The notes beneath the pieces were generated by a model, which did not search any database, was not told the DNA's origin, and saw only the letters and a list, made by a program, of their open reading frames with translations. A DNA stretch of 57,594 bases from an uncultured Prolixibacteraceae bacterium (GTDB taxonomy: Bacteria; Bacteroidota; Bacteroidia; Bacteroidales; FEN-979), in NCBI GenBank assembly GCA_964355115.1, contig CAYHCQ010000004.1, positions 1 through 57,594 on the forward strand, given 5' to 3'. Made by a program: the position numbers and the translations under genes. Of the stretch, positions 45,876 through 54,202 are shown one piece after another. Position 1 is the stretch's first letter, and every line of letters begins with the position of its first letter.

Positions 45876-47102
45876 TTAGAGAAAATCAGGCCGGATTTTT
45901 TTGAATACCAGGGTTGCGTTATGACCACCAAATCCGAATGAGTTTGAAAGCGCTACCCCGATCTGGCTTTCCCTTGCAATATTAGCGATATAATCAAGAT
46001 CCAGGTCCGGATCCGGGGTATCATAGTTTATTGTAGGCGGTAAAACACCCTTTTCCAGGCTGAGCACAGTAATGATGCCCTCGATGGCCCCGGCAGCGCC
46101 AATGGTATGCCCAAGCATCGATTTGGAGGAAGAGACCGGAATTCCGTATGCCAGATCCCCGAATACGCGTTTAATCGCCATTGTTTCATAGCGGTCATTC
46201 AATTCCGTAGATGTTCCGTGAGCATTGATATAACCAACCTCTTCCTTTTTTACACCGGAATTAAACAGCGCTTTTTCTATTGTCCGGGCCATGCCAGCCC
46301 CGTCCTGCATCGGGGCCATGATGTTGTAACCTTCACTGGTAAGCGCATACCCGGCCACCTCTGCATGTATGCCGGCCGTTCGGGCAAGTGCATGGTCGAG
46401 CGATTCAAGAATCAACACCCCGGCACCTTCGCCGATCACAAATCCGTCGCGGTCTTTCGAGAATGGTTTGCTTGCCTTCCCGGGGGGATCGTTGGCAACA
46501 GAGAGTGCATAAAGCGCATTGAATCCCCTGATCTCTTCCGGGTTAATAATCGAGTCGGCACCTCCAACGATCACGATATCAGACTGATTGTTCCTGATCA
46601 TGTCGGCGCCCATTGCAATTGCATAAGCAGATGAAGCACAGGCAGTGTTGATCGCAAAGTTGGGTCCAAGCAGCTGGTATTCGAGAGATATCCATGCAGG
46701 CATGGAGTTGGTCATCGATTTAAAGACCGTATTTTGAGGTGTGGTATCCTGCTCAACACTTGAATTCCCTGTATTCACAACACCAAGGATCACGCTGCAA
46801 CGTGTTTTGTCGCACGTTTCAAAGTCGATACCGGCATCGGCTACAGCCATTTTGGCTGCAGCTATACACATCCGGGTGACCCGTGTCATCTGCCCCGCAG
46901 CCCGTTTCTTAACAAAGGTCCGGGCAAATTCATCAAATTCCGGAGAAACTTCAGCAGCTATCTGTGTCTGATTTTCTGAAGGGTCGAACCGTGTTATCCT
47001 TTTGACACCGCTCTTGCCGGCGATCAGATTTTTCCAGTTTGTTTCCAAATCCAGGCCCAGGGAGGTGACCATGCCCATCCCGGTAACAACAACTCTCCTC
47101 AT
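45876..47102 (-). CDS. Beta-ketoacyl-ACP synthase (FabF/FabB-like, Cys-His-His)
   Basis: Start set at MRRVVVTGMGMVT. Active-site motifs NTACASS, NAHGTSTELND and LGHTIGAAG. Confidence 0.9.
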   Translation of the reverse strand: MRRVVVTGMGMVTSLGLDLETNWKNLIAGKSGVKRITRFDPSENQTQIAAEVSPEFDEFARTFVKKRAAGQMTRVTRMCIAAAKMAVADAGIDFETCDKTRCSVILGVVNTGNSSVEQDTTPQNTVFKSMTNSMPAWISLEYQLLGPNFAINTACASSAYAIAMGADMIRNNQSDIVIVGGADSIINPEEIRGFNALYALSVANDPPGKASKPFSKDRDGFVIGEGAGVLILESLDHALARTAGIHAEVAGYALTSEGYNIMAPMQDGAGMARTIEKALFNSGVKKEEVGYINAHGTSTELNDRYETMAIKRVFGDLAYGIPVSSSKSMLGHTIGAAGAIEGIITVLSLEKGVLPPTINYDTPDPDLDLDYIANIARESQIGVALSNSFGFGGHNATLVFKKIRPDFL

Positions 47103-47113
47103 TGGAAATTTTC

Positions 47114-47506
47114 CTATTTGTTCAGATTTGCCGACCACCTGCAGATCATATCAACTTCGGCCTTGGTGGGTATGGCATCAGGATTCTTTTTGCGCCAGCT
47201 CTTGGTGGGCATGGCTCCCTTGGTAAGTTCTTTGCACATATCCTTTGCTTTATCAGCTTGCTTTTCGGCCGAATATTCATTCCATTTCGAAAAATTCAGC
47301 TTCATCCGGGCCATCGAACTGCCATCATCGGCATGACAGTCCATGCATGCACGCTGAACCAGCTTCAGCACACTGTCGGGAAGGGCGGTTCCGGGAGCGA
47401 TGGCAGATTTTTCATCCGATCCTCTTGCTTGCCGGGGTGTGAATAGCATAGAGCAGGCAGCGACCGTAAAAATAACAACTGCAGCGATTGTGACTATTTT
47501 TTTCAT
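47114..47506 (-). CDS. Secreted/anchored haem-binding domain protein (CXXCH)
   Basis: Start set at MKKIVTIAAVVIFTVAACS. It has a single c-type haem motif ACMDCHADDGS, about 130 aa, resembling the Haem_bd family. Confidence 0.6.
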   Translation of the reverse strand: MKKIVTIAAVVIFTVAACSMLFTPRQARGSDEKSAIAPGTALPDSVLKLVQRACMDCHADDGSSMARMKLNFSKWNEYSAEKQADKAKDMCKELTKGAMPTKSWRKKNPDAIPTKAEVDMICRWSANLNK

Positions 47507-47557
47507 GATTGTCGTATGTTTATACAAAAATAGTAAAAATAAACTTCAATACCTGAA

Positions 47558-50134
47558 TTAATCAAAGGGTCCTTTTTCGAGTCCGAAATACTCCTTTATT
47601 GCATCATTCATCTCGCCAACAGGCAGGTGGGCGAGTGCGGTATATCGTTTTGATGCATTCAGGTAGGTGAACCTCAGGTGTTCAGCAATTTCGTCAGAAT
47701 TTTCGGGAAGTCTTACCTCTTCATTTTCCAGCGGATAATCGTAGAAGCCAGAATTTGTCTTCATTCCGAGCCTCCCGACTGCGCAAAGCGATTCCAGTTT
47801 CCCGATAAATGGGGTAAAGTATTCGCGATGGGGATAATCTGCTGTATAATTCTCTACGGCAGCCAGCATAGTATCATTCCCTACACTGTCGCAGAAATCA
47901 AATACTCCGAACGGAAAGATCCGCTCCTTTACAACCTGGTCCATCTGTGCAAAGGTGCACCTCCCTTCGGCAACGATTCGGTATGCTTCGTTCTGAAAAT
48001 CAAGGAATAACCGATTCAAAACAAAGCTGTTTGGCTCGTCGAACTCAAGGTACTTTCTTTGAATGGATTCAAGAAACTGGCGGACAAACACTTTGGTAGT
48101 ATCAGACGTGGAGGATGTAGTTGTAAATTCCACGATGTTTTTCAATTGTACCGGGTAGAAAAAGTGCAACCCGACAAATTTTTCACGACGGGCCGAGGCA
48201 GGGGAGAGGAGAGAGGGATGAATGGAGGAGGAGTTTGATGCGAAGATGCAATCTCCGTGAACAAGTGTGTCAAGCTCCGAAAAGAGTTTCTTCTTCAGTT
48301 CAGGGCTTTCCGGGATTGCTTCTATAACCAGGTTGCAATCTGCAAGCGATTCAGGATCAGATGATATTACAGTCTGCCCGAGGATGTCAAACGCCTCTCT
48401 TTCGATAATGCCTGCATCCAAGGAGCGGTTGATCTTTCTTTTGACCTGCTTCATCATTTTATCCGGGTCAGCAGCCGGACTCACCAGCCAAACCAGTTTA
48501 AAACCGAAACCCACAAGGTAGTAGAAGATGCTTGTGCCCATCTTGCCTTCGCCGATGATGCCAATGGTAAGGATGCAGGATGCAGGATGCAGGATGCTAA
48601 CTGATAATTTTTTCCAGGGACCTTTATCCTGGCCCATAACCAGTTTCCGGTATTCATCCATATTCTTTTGGTGCTCTCTGATATGCCGGTTGTAGCCAAG
48701 CATGGAGAGCATGAACCCGAGCCCTTTGTCGATGGCGATCTGTTTTGTGCGGATGAGCCGCATGATGAATGAGAATAATTTTTTCCTCTCCGGATCGCGG
48801 GTAAGCACAAACTCTTTAAAGGTGATCCATGATAGCCGTGCTTTCATCAAGGGAGAGATATCTCCTCCGGGACGGGTGAATGCCCCGTTGATGAAGAGGG
48901 CCTCTGCTTTTTTCCGGATCGTGTCGAAGGAGTATAGCCTGGCGATCGTCTCCATGTAACCGTCGAACAGGTCGATCTGCGACATGTTCATGTAGTGAAC
49001 TGTAGGGAAGTGGCCAACACCCAGTTCCGGATCACAATAGGTAAGCCGGCCCTCGTCCCTGAATTTCCTGTGGACCTCTGTTCCCGGCGGGGCATTCAGC
49101 AGGTGAAGATTTACATGCGGAAGGTTATATTTCAGGGTGAAGTCAAAGATCCGGTCAAACTCCTCGAGGGTGTCGTTATCGAATCCGACGACAAAACTTG
49201 CGTTGATATGAATTCCGGCAGCATGGATTTTACGGATTGCCTCCTCATAGATTGATCCGCCCCGGTTATGATGTTTCTGCGATTCGTCAAGGCTCGCAGG
49301 GTTCAGCGATTCAAATCCGACAAGGATGTTGAAGCAGCCTGCATCGGCCATCAGTTTAAGCAGTTCATCGTCGGTGGCAACATCCAGACTGCACATGCAT
49401 CCCCAGGAGATTTTGAGGGGAATGATCGCCCGCATCAGCTCTTTAGCGTACTTTTTATTAATGGTAAGGTTATCGTCGACAAAAAAGAAATATTTCGAGG
49501 GTGCGGCTTTTATCTCTTCAACAACATTTACAATCTCGCGGTAACGCATCTTGCGGCCGAAATTCTTCGAAACCAGGCAGAAATCGCAGTTGAACGGACA
49601 CCCCCGGGAAACCTGGATGGCAACCTGGAAGATTCGTTTCATGTTTACCAGGTCCCAGCGCGGTGGCTTCTGCGTTTTGTATTCCACGTAACCTTCCGAT
49701 TCATAAACCGGTTTCATGCAGCCATTTTCAAAATCTGCCAGACACTTTTCCCATTTGCCTTCCGCTTCGCCCGCAACCACAGAATCTCCGTGCTTCAGCG
49801 CCTCCTCCTGCTGGAACGTCGCATAAGGTCCGCCGAAAACAACTTTCACCCCCATAGCACGATACCGGTCACCAAGTGCAAACGCACGTTTGGCAGTAGC
49901 AGCCAGCGTAGTGATACCAACAATATCGGGACGGATATTCCGCGGAATCTCTTCGATCTCCTCATCGTAAATACGGATGTCGTAGTGGTCCGGCGTCAGC
50001 GCTGCAATGGTAGGCAGAGCCAGTGGCACCATCAGCCTGCGCTTTCCGAACATCTTCGCCATCTCGCTGTGAGCAGGATAGTTAACAAATTTTTGCCGCG
50101 GCGAAAGCAGAAATAATATGTATCTATTTTTCAC
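47558..50134 (-). CDS. Fusion protein: cobalamin-binding-domain radical SAM (N-terminal) + 3-hydroxyacyl-CoA dehydrogenase (C-terminal)
   Basis: 858 aa with a GTG start. The rSAM part has PDIVGITTLAATA and SRGCPFNCDFC. The HADH part has IGIIGEGKMG, VIEAIPESPELKKKLF, ASNSSSI, GLHFFYPV and SFVLNRL. The junction lies at about 48571-48598. Confidence 0.85.
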   Translation of the reverse strand: MKNRYILFLLSPRQKFVNYPAHSEMAKMFGKRRLMVPLALPTIAALTPDHYDIRIYDEEIEEIPRNIRPDIVGITTLAATAKRAFALGDRYRAMGVKVVFGGPYATFQQEEALKHGDSVVAGEAEGKWEKCLADFENGCMKPVYESEGYVEYKTQKPPRWDLVNMKRIFQVAIQVSRGCPFNCDFCLVSKNFGRKMRYREIVNVVEEIKAAPSKYFFFVDDNLTINKKYAKELMRAIIPLKISWGCMCSLDVATDDELLKLMADAGCFNILVGFESLNPASLDESQKHHNRGGSIYEEAIRKIHAAGIHINASFVVGFDNDTLEEFDRIFDFTLKYNLPHVNLHLLNAPPGTEVHRKFRDEGRLTYCDPELGVGHFPTVHYMNMSQIDLFDGYMETIARLYSFDTIRKKAEALFINGAFTRPGGDISPLMKARLSWITFKEFVLTRDPERKKLFSFIMRLIRTKQIAIDKGLGFMLSMLGYNRHIREHQKNMDEYRKLVMGQDKGPWKKLSVSILHPASCILTIGIIGEGKMGTSIFYYLVGFGFKLVWLVSPAADPDKMMKQVKRKINRSLDAGIIEREAFDILGQTVISSDPESLADCNLVIEAIPESPELKKKLFSELDTLVHGDCIFASNSSSIHPSLLSPASARREKFVGLHFFYPVQLKNIVEFTTTSSTSDTTKVFVRQFLESIQRKYLEFDEPNSFVLNRLFLDFQNEAYRIVAEGRCTFAQMDQVVKERIFPFGVFDFCDSVGNDTMLAAVENYTADYPHREYFTPFIGKLESLCAVGRLGMKTNSGFYDYPLENEEVRLPENSDEIAEHLRFTYLNASKRYTALAHLPVGEMNDAIKEYFGLEKGPFD
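48571..48598. repeat. In-frame tandem heptad repeat (GGATGCA x3 + GGATGCT) at the rSAM/HADH domain junction
   Basis: Read directly: ggatgca ggatgca ggatgca ggatgct. On the coding strand it translates as SILHPASCIL, immediately before the HADH Rossmann motif TIGIIGEGKMG. Confidence 0.9.
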
Positions 50135-50172
50135 TTTTCACTCTTAACTCTTAACTCTTCACTTTTCACTCA
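50131..50172. repeat. Tandem heptad repeat (6 units, T[CA]ACT[CT]T type) spanning the KASIII / rSAM-HADH junction
   Basis: Reads tcacttt tcactct taactct taactct tcacttt tcactca. It covers the GTG start (50132-50134), the 24-nt spacer and the TGA stop (50159-50161). Confidence 0.85.
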
Positions 50173-51268
50173 GCACATATCCGGCTTGCATGAATTTACT
50201 TACCTCCGTTACAAAACTGAGTACAATATCACCGGGCTGAAGTACCTCTTCATGCATGATTTTATCGAGGCAGAGCAGGGCCATAGGCGGACCGATATAG
50301 CCCATCGTTGCCATCTTTGAATAAAGCGTTTCGCGCGGGATGCCAAGTTCGGTGCACTCGTCCATCACCAGTTCTGAAATATGCTTCGATGGAAAATTGA
50401 CCTGGAAATACCTGAGTTTGCTGAAATCCACGGGATGAAGTGCAACCATCCGCTTCAAACCATTAAGGAAGACAGAGCCATCGGGTTCATGAAAGTTGGC
50501 TCTCAGTTCCTCCTGGAACATCTGGGCCAGGTGATGATAACCCTTTTCAAACTCCTCCTTCGGGTTCATCCAGTAGGCCGGGCGTTTGTTGCCCATGGCA
50601 GAGGGCTTGTTGCCCCCGGTGGATTCGATGTAGGCATAATCTACGAACAGCCCTTTTCCCTCATCTCCGGCTGCCTGCAGAACCAGGGCGGCCGCTCCAT
50701 CGCTGAGGAAATAGCGGAGAAAAAGTTCTTCCTTAGTCACCAGCGCCTGGTTGTAGTATTCGGCAACCAATTCGGAGGATGACATGCTTGAGGAGATCAC
50801 AAGGGCTTTTTTATACCGCCCGGAACGGATCATGTCCGAGGCGATCATAAGCGCTTTATAAGCCGATGTGCAGTTGGCATGCACCGAAATTTCGGCACAG
50901 CGTTCGATTCCCAACCCTTCCTGGATGCGGACTGAGGCGGTAGGCATCTGGTCCTGGTGGGCGCTGCCGTAAACGATCAGGTCGATCTCCGACGGCTTCA
51001 TCCCTGCATCAGCAAGTGCAACCTGAGCGGCCTTCACCGACATTGTTACATTGTCCTCAGTAAATTGTCGTGTAACCGGATCCAGGGCAAAATGGTAGAA
51101 CTCCACTTCAAGGAGTTCGGCCATAAGAATTTTTATCCTTTTCAGCCATTTTTGGATCTTATCAGGGGCGTTCGTTAACTCCCCGAGGTAGTAATCCACA
51201 TCTGCTGCCGGGATGGCTTTGCCGGGTAAAAACGATCCGCTTCCTGCAATTTTCACACTGGCCATCAT
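50159..51268 (-). CDS. KASIII (FabH)-like thiolase-fold enzyme, atypical
   Basis: 369 aa. FabH-like N-terminus (VKIAGSGSFLPGK) and Cys context SVHANCTSAYKAL. The region aligning to FabH GNTSAAS reads GYIGPPM (eye alignment only). Confidence 0.7.
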   Translation of the reverse strand: MMASVKIAGSGSFLPGKAIPAADVDYYLGELTNAPDKIQKWLKRIKILMAELLEVEFYHFALDPVTRQFTEDNVTMSVKAAQVALADAGMKPSEIDLIVYGSAHQDQMPTASVRIQEGLGIERCAEISVHANCTSAYKALMIASDMIRSGRYKKALVISSSMSSSELVAEYYNQALVTKEELFLRYFLSDGAAALVLQAAGDEGKGLFVDYAYIESTGGNKPSAMGNKRPAYWMNPKEEFEKGYHHLAQMFQEELRANFHEPDGSVFLNGLKRMVALHPVDFSKLRYFQVNFPSKHISELVMDECTELGIPRETLYSKMATMGYIGPPMALLCLDKIMHEEVLQPGDIVLSFVTEVSKFMQAGYVLSEK

Positions 51269-51951
51269 GCAAAATATTTTTTAATGTACAAGGCTGTTTT
51301 CTCCTTGTGAAAATCGGCAATAACCGACTTTGCAAATTTGATGGCAGATTTCACGACTTCCCTTTTGGGCAATATCTTCTGAACAAATTTCATTTCAAGC
51401 GCTTCAGCCGCCGAAAATGTATTTGCCTTCAGCACCAGTTCAAGTGCGCGGCTGCGGCCGATAAGGGCCGACATTTTTACTATCCCTCCAAGGCCCGGCA
51501 CCAGGTTAAAAGAGGTTTCCGGAAGGCCGAAAACGGCATCTTCGCCACAAAACCTGAAATGGCTGAAGAGGGTAAGTTCCAGTGCCGATCCAAGGCATAC
51601 ACCCCGGATGGCTGAGATTACCGGTATTTCAAACCGGTCCAGTTTCAGGAAGGTCTCATAATTTGCAGTGAGAACAGCTGGCACCCCGGTAACTACTCCA
51701 TTGGCCACCACAGAACCCGACCTGATCTCCTCCAGAAGTGCCGGAAGTCCGGCTCCGGATGAAAAATGGCGGCCGTGTCCGCTGATAACAAGAGCCATGA
51801 ATGCAGGGTTGTTCCCGATCAATTCCACAGCCTCCCTAAACTCCCTGAAGAATTCCAGGGTCATGCTGTTCGACGGCGGCTGATTAAGCACCAGCTGGCC
51901 GATACCATCAGATAAGCTCAGATCGAAGGTCGTAAAGCCGGGGAGGGTCAT
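51265..51951 (-). CDS. Enoyl-CoA hydratase/isomerase (crotonase) family protein
   Basis: 228 aa. Crotonase oxyanion-type segments GHGRHFSSGAG and AIRGVCLGSALEL. It has 4-nt overlaps on both sides. Confidence 0.8.
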   Translation of the reverse strand: MTLPGFTTFDLSLSDGIGQLVLNQPPSNSMTLEFFREFREAVELIGNNPAFMALVISGHGRHFSSGAGLPALLEEIRSGSVVANGVVTGVPAVLTANYETFLKLDRFEIPVISAIRGVCLGSALELTLFSHFRFCGEDAVFGLPETSFNLVPGLGGIVKMSALIGRSRALELVLKANTFSAAEALEMKFVQKILPKREVVKSAIKFAKSVIADFHKEKTALYIKKYFA

Positions 51952-52694
51952 AGGCCTTTGTTGCGTTGTGATTCTGCCAGAGCAAGTTCGCAGAAGAGTC
52001 TAGTCTCCTCCTTCATTGCCTCTTCGGCCGGTAGTGTCCGGGCATTGCGCAGCGCCTTCATCACGGCATGTATTACAGGCAGAGGACGGTCCAGGGTCAT
52101 TTTCTGCAACAGCGAAAAGGAAAAGTCGAATAGTTTTGCCCTGGGCACGATATAATCTACAAGTTTCATCTCCAGCGCATCCTCTGCATTTATCATATCG
52201 CCGGCCATGATCATCTTTAGCGAATTCTGAAATCCGGCAAGTTCGGTAGCCCTCACAGTACCGCCCAGACCGGGAAGGATGCCATGGTTGATCTCAGGAA
52301 AGGCAAAGAGCGAATTTTCGGTACAGACCCTGATGTGAGAGGCAAGAGCGATCTCTAGTCCACCGCCGAAACAGATGCCCTGGATCGCGGAAACTACAGG
52401 TATATTAAGGTTCTCCAGGTGGCTTAATACAGCTTTTCCACCTTCCATTTTCGCTGCAAGATCCTCCTTCTCCCTGATCATTTTAAAGAGATTTTCCAGC
52501 TTTCCCCCACCCGAAAAATGCTTTCCGGCGCCACAAATCAATATTCCCTTCAGGTAGTCGTAGGAGGTCCACTTCCGGATCACTTCCAGCGGAAGGAACT
52601 CAGGATTTTCCAGATAATTCTCCGGCGGGTTGTCGAGAGTAATGATCCCGATGTCCTTGCGAATTTCCCAGCTTATCTTATCACTTTTTTCCAT
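51948..52694 (-). CDS. Enoyl-CoA hydratase/isomerase (crotonase) family protein
   Basis: 248 aa. Motifs GAGKHFSGGG, AIQGICFGGGLEIAL and FPEINHGILPGLGGT. Confidence 0.85.
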   Translation of the reverse strand: MEKSDKISWEIRKDIGIITLDNPPENYLENPEFLPLEVIRKWTSYDYLKGILICGAGKHFSGGGKLENLFKMIREKEDLAAKMEGGKAVLSHLENLNIPVVSAIQGICFGGGLEIALASHIRVCTENSLFAFPEINHGILPGLGGTVRATELAGFQNSLKMIMAGDMINAEDALEMKLVDYIVPRAKLFDFSFSLLQKMTLDRPLPVIHAVMKALRNARTLPAEEAMKEETRLFCELALAESQRNKGL

Positions 52695-52722
52695 AAATCT
52701 GCTTCCTACTTAATATTGCCTG

Positions 52723-53106
52723 TCAGTTGAGGATATTCATCTCGGCAGGGACATCACACGGCATCCGTGAGGTGTCTACGAACACTGTTTTAACTGTTGC
52801 CCTTGCTGCCGGCAAACCGGTTGTTTTGTTGAACAGCTTCTGTTCAAAAACCAGGTACGGGGCCGACCGTTTTGTCCGGGTAACCACCTCGATCTCGTCG
52901 AACAGCCTTATTTCGCGCTGGTAGCGTATATGAACATCCACCACAACGAGAAACAGACCGTTTTGGGTAAAAAACTCAAGCAGTCCGGCATCCCTGAACA
53001 ACTCCCAGCGTGCCTGTTCAATGTAGTTCAGGTAGACCGCGTTGTTGACGTGTCCGTATGAGTCGAGCTCATTCCCGCGGGCCGTTATTTTACTCCGATG
53101 AATCAT
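52723..53106 (-). CDS. Hotdog-fold acyl-CoA/ACP thioesterase (4HBT/YbgC-like)
   Basis: Start set at MIHRSKITARGNELDSYGHVNNAVYLNYIEQARW, which overlaps the upstream stop as ATGA. Confidence 0.8.
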   Translation of the reverse strand: MIHRSKITARGNELDSYGHVNNAVYLNYIEQARWELFRDAGLLEFFTQNGLFLVVVDVHIRYQREIRLFDEIEVVTRTKRSAPYLVFEQKLFNKTTGLPAARATVKTVFVDTSRMPCDVPAEMNILN

Positions 53107-53498
53107 TCGGCGACCAATTTTCCCTTGAATTTCAGAAATGTTGTGTCGTTCGCCGAAAGGGTTGCCTGAACGGAGTAACACCCTTCTTCCGGCTGCTTTA
53201 CAACCAGGTCGAGGGTGATCCCGGGGTATTCCAGCGGGCTGATCATAGACAAAAACTTTATGTTATCCGATTCAGTCAGCTTCAGTTTTTTTCCCGTTAT
53301 TGAATTCAGGGCCTCCACGATCATCTGGACCTGGCACACGCCGGGAACCACCGGGTTTCCGGGGAAATGTCCGCCGAAGATGGGATGACCGGGATCCAGC
53401 ACAAGTCCGGCAGTGTAATGCTTCAACACCACTCCCTGCGGATTGATTTCGTCGCGACCGTCGAGGGTTTTAATAGTATAAAACGTATTTAGTAACAT
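53103..53498 (-). CDS. FabZ/FabA-like 3-hydroxyacyl-ACP dehydratase
   Basis: Start set at the internal ATG (MLLNTFYTIK...). Catalytic motif HPIFGGHFPGNPVVPGVCQVQM. Confidence 0.85.
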   Translation of the reverse strand: MLLNTFYTIKTLDGRDEINPQGVVLKHYTAGLVLDPGHPIFGGHFPGNPVVPGVCQVQMIVEALNSITGKKLKLTESDNIKFLSMISPLEYPGITLDLVVKQPEEGCYSVQATLSANDTTFLKFKGKLVAE

Positions 53499-53569
53499 GA
53501 TTAAATTTTCACCTGTCAGATTAACCGTCAAAAATACAAAATGTAAAGGAATACCGGGTTGCCTAATTG

Positions 53570-54202
53570 CTATTGGCTGATCCACCCGAGTTTAATGATC
53601 AGACCTATCCCCGGATTGTAGAGGCGGATTTTCTGGACGAAGGTGCCTGTGGGATATTCAAATTCGATGCGGTATTTGTCCCAGGGATTGGTTCCCCCGG
53701 CGATTTCGGTCACATAACTGGTTTTCGGGTCAATGTAATAATAGCAGTTGCTTTTGCTCACATAAAGTACCGGTGCGCCGTTTTTTTTATCGGTAAACTG
53801 CACCAGATCATCTGTTGAAAAACTGTAAAACATCAGCGCCCGGAGATCTGCCTCAATGATTTTCAGGAGCGCTTTTTTTTGCATCGGGGTAAAAATGTAG
53901 TGGGAGATAAACCTGCCTCGCAAAAACTCCACATCGAAGATCGTCATCCCGATGTCGTTGGCAAAAACAATCCGGTATGAGGTATCTGCACTTTTTTTGA
54001 TCATTGTATAGCCGGTGAGATGAAATTCCCGGATGTCCATGGTTGTACGGAAGAGTGATTTTTCGAACATCCCCATGAATGGCGATTCCCACGACGACCT
54101 GGCAAGAGTTGCATTATTTCCTCTTAACAGGGTGCTTTTGTCGACCGGGGAGCAGCCCCACAGCAACGCCAGGAGAAGACTAAGGAATAAGGAACTTCTC
54201 AT
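53570..54202 (-). CDS. Lipoprotein of unknown function (position equivalent to the small lipoprotein of aryl-polyene clusters)
   Basis: 210 aa with lipobox LLLALLWGCS. No catalytic motif was seen. Confidence 0.55.
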   Translation of the reverse strand: MRSSLFLSLLLALLWGCSPVDKSTLLRGNNATLARSSWESPFMGMFEKSLFRTTMDIREFHLTGYTMIKKSADTSYRIVFANDIGMTIFDVEFLRGRFISHYIFTPMQKKALLKIIEADLRALMFYSFSTDDLVQFTDKKNGAPVLYVSKSNCYYYIDPKTSYVTEIAGGTNPWDKYRIEFEYPTGTFVQKIRLYNPGIGLIIKLGWISQ

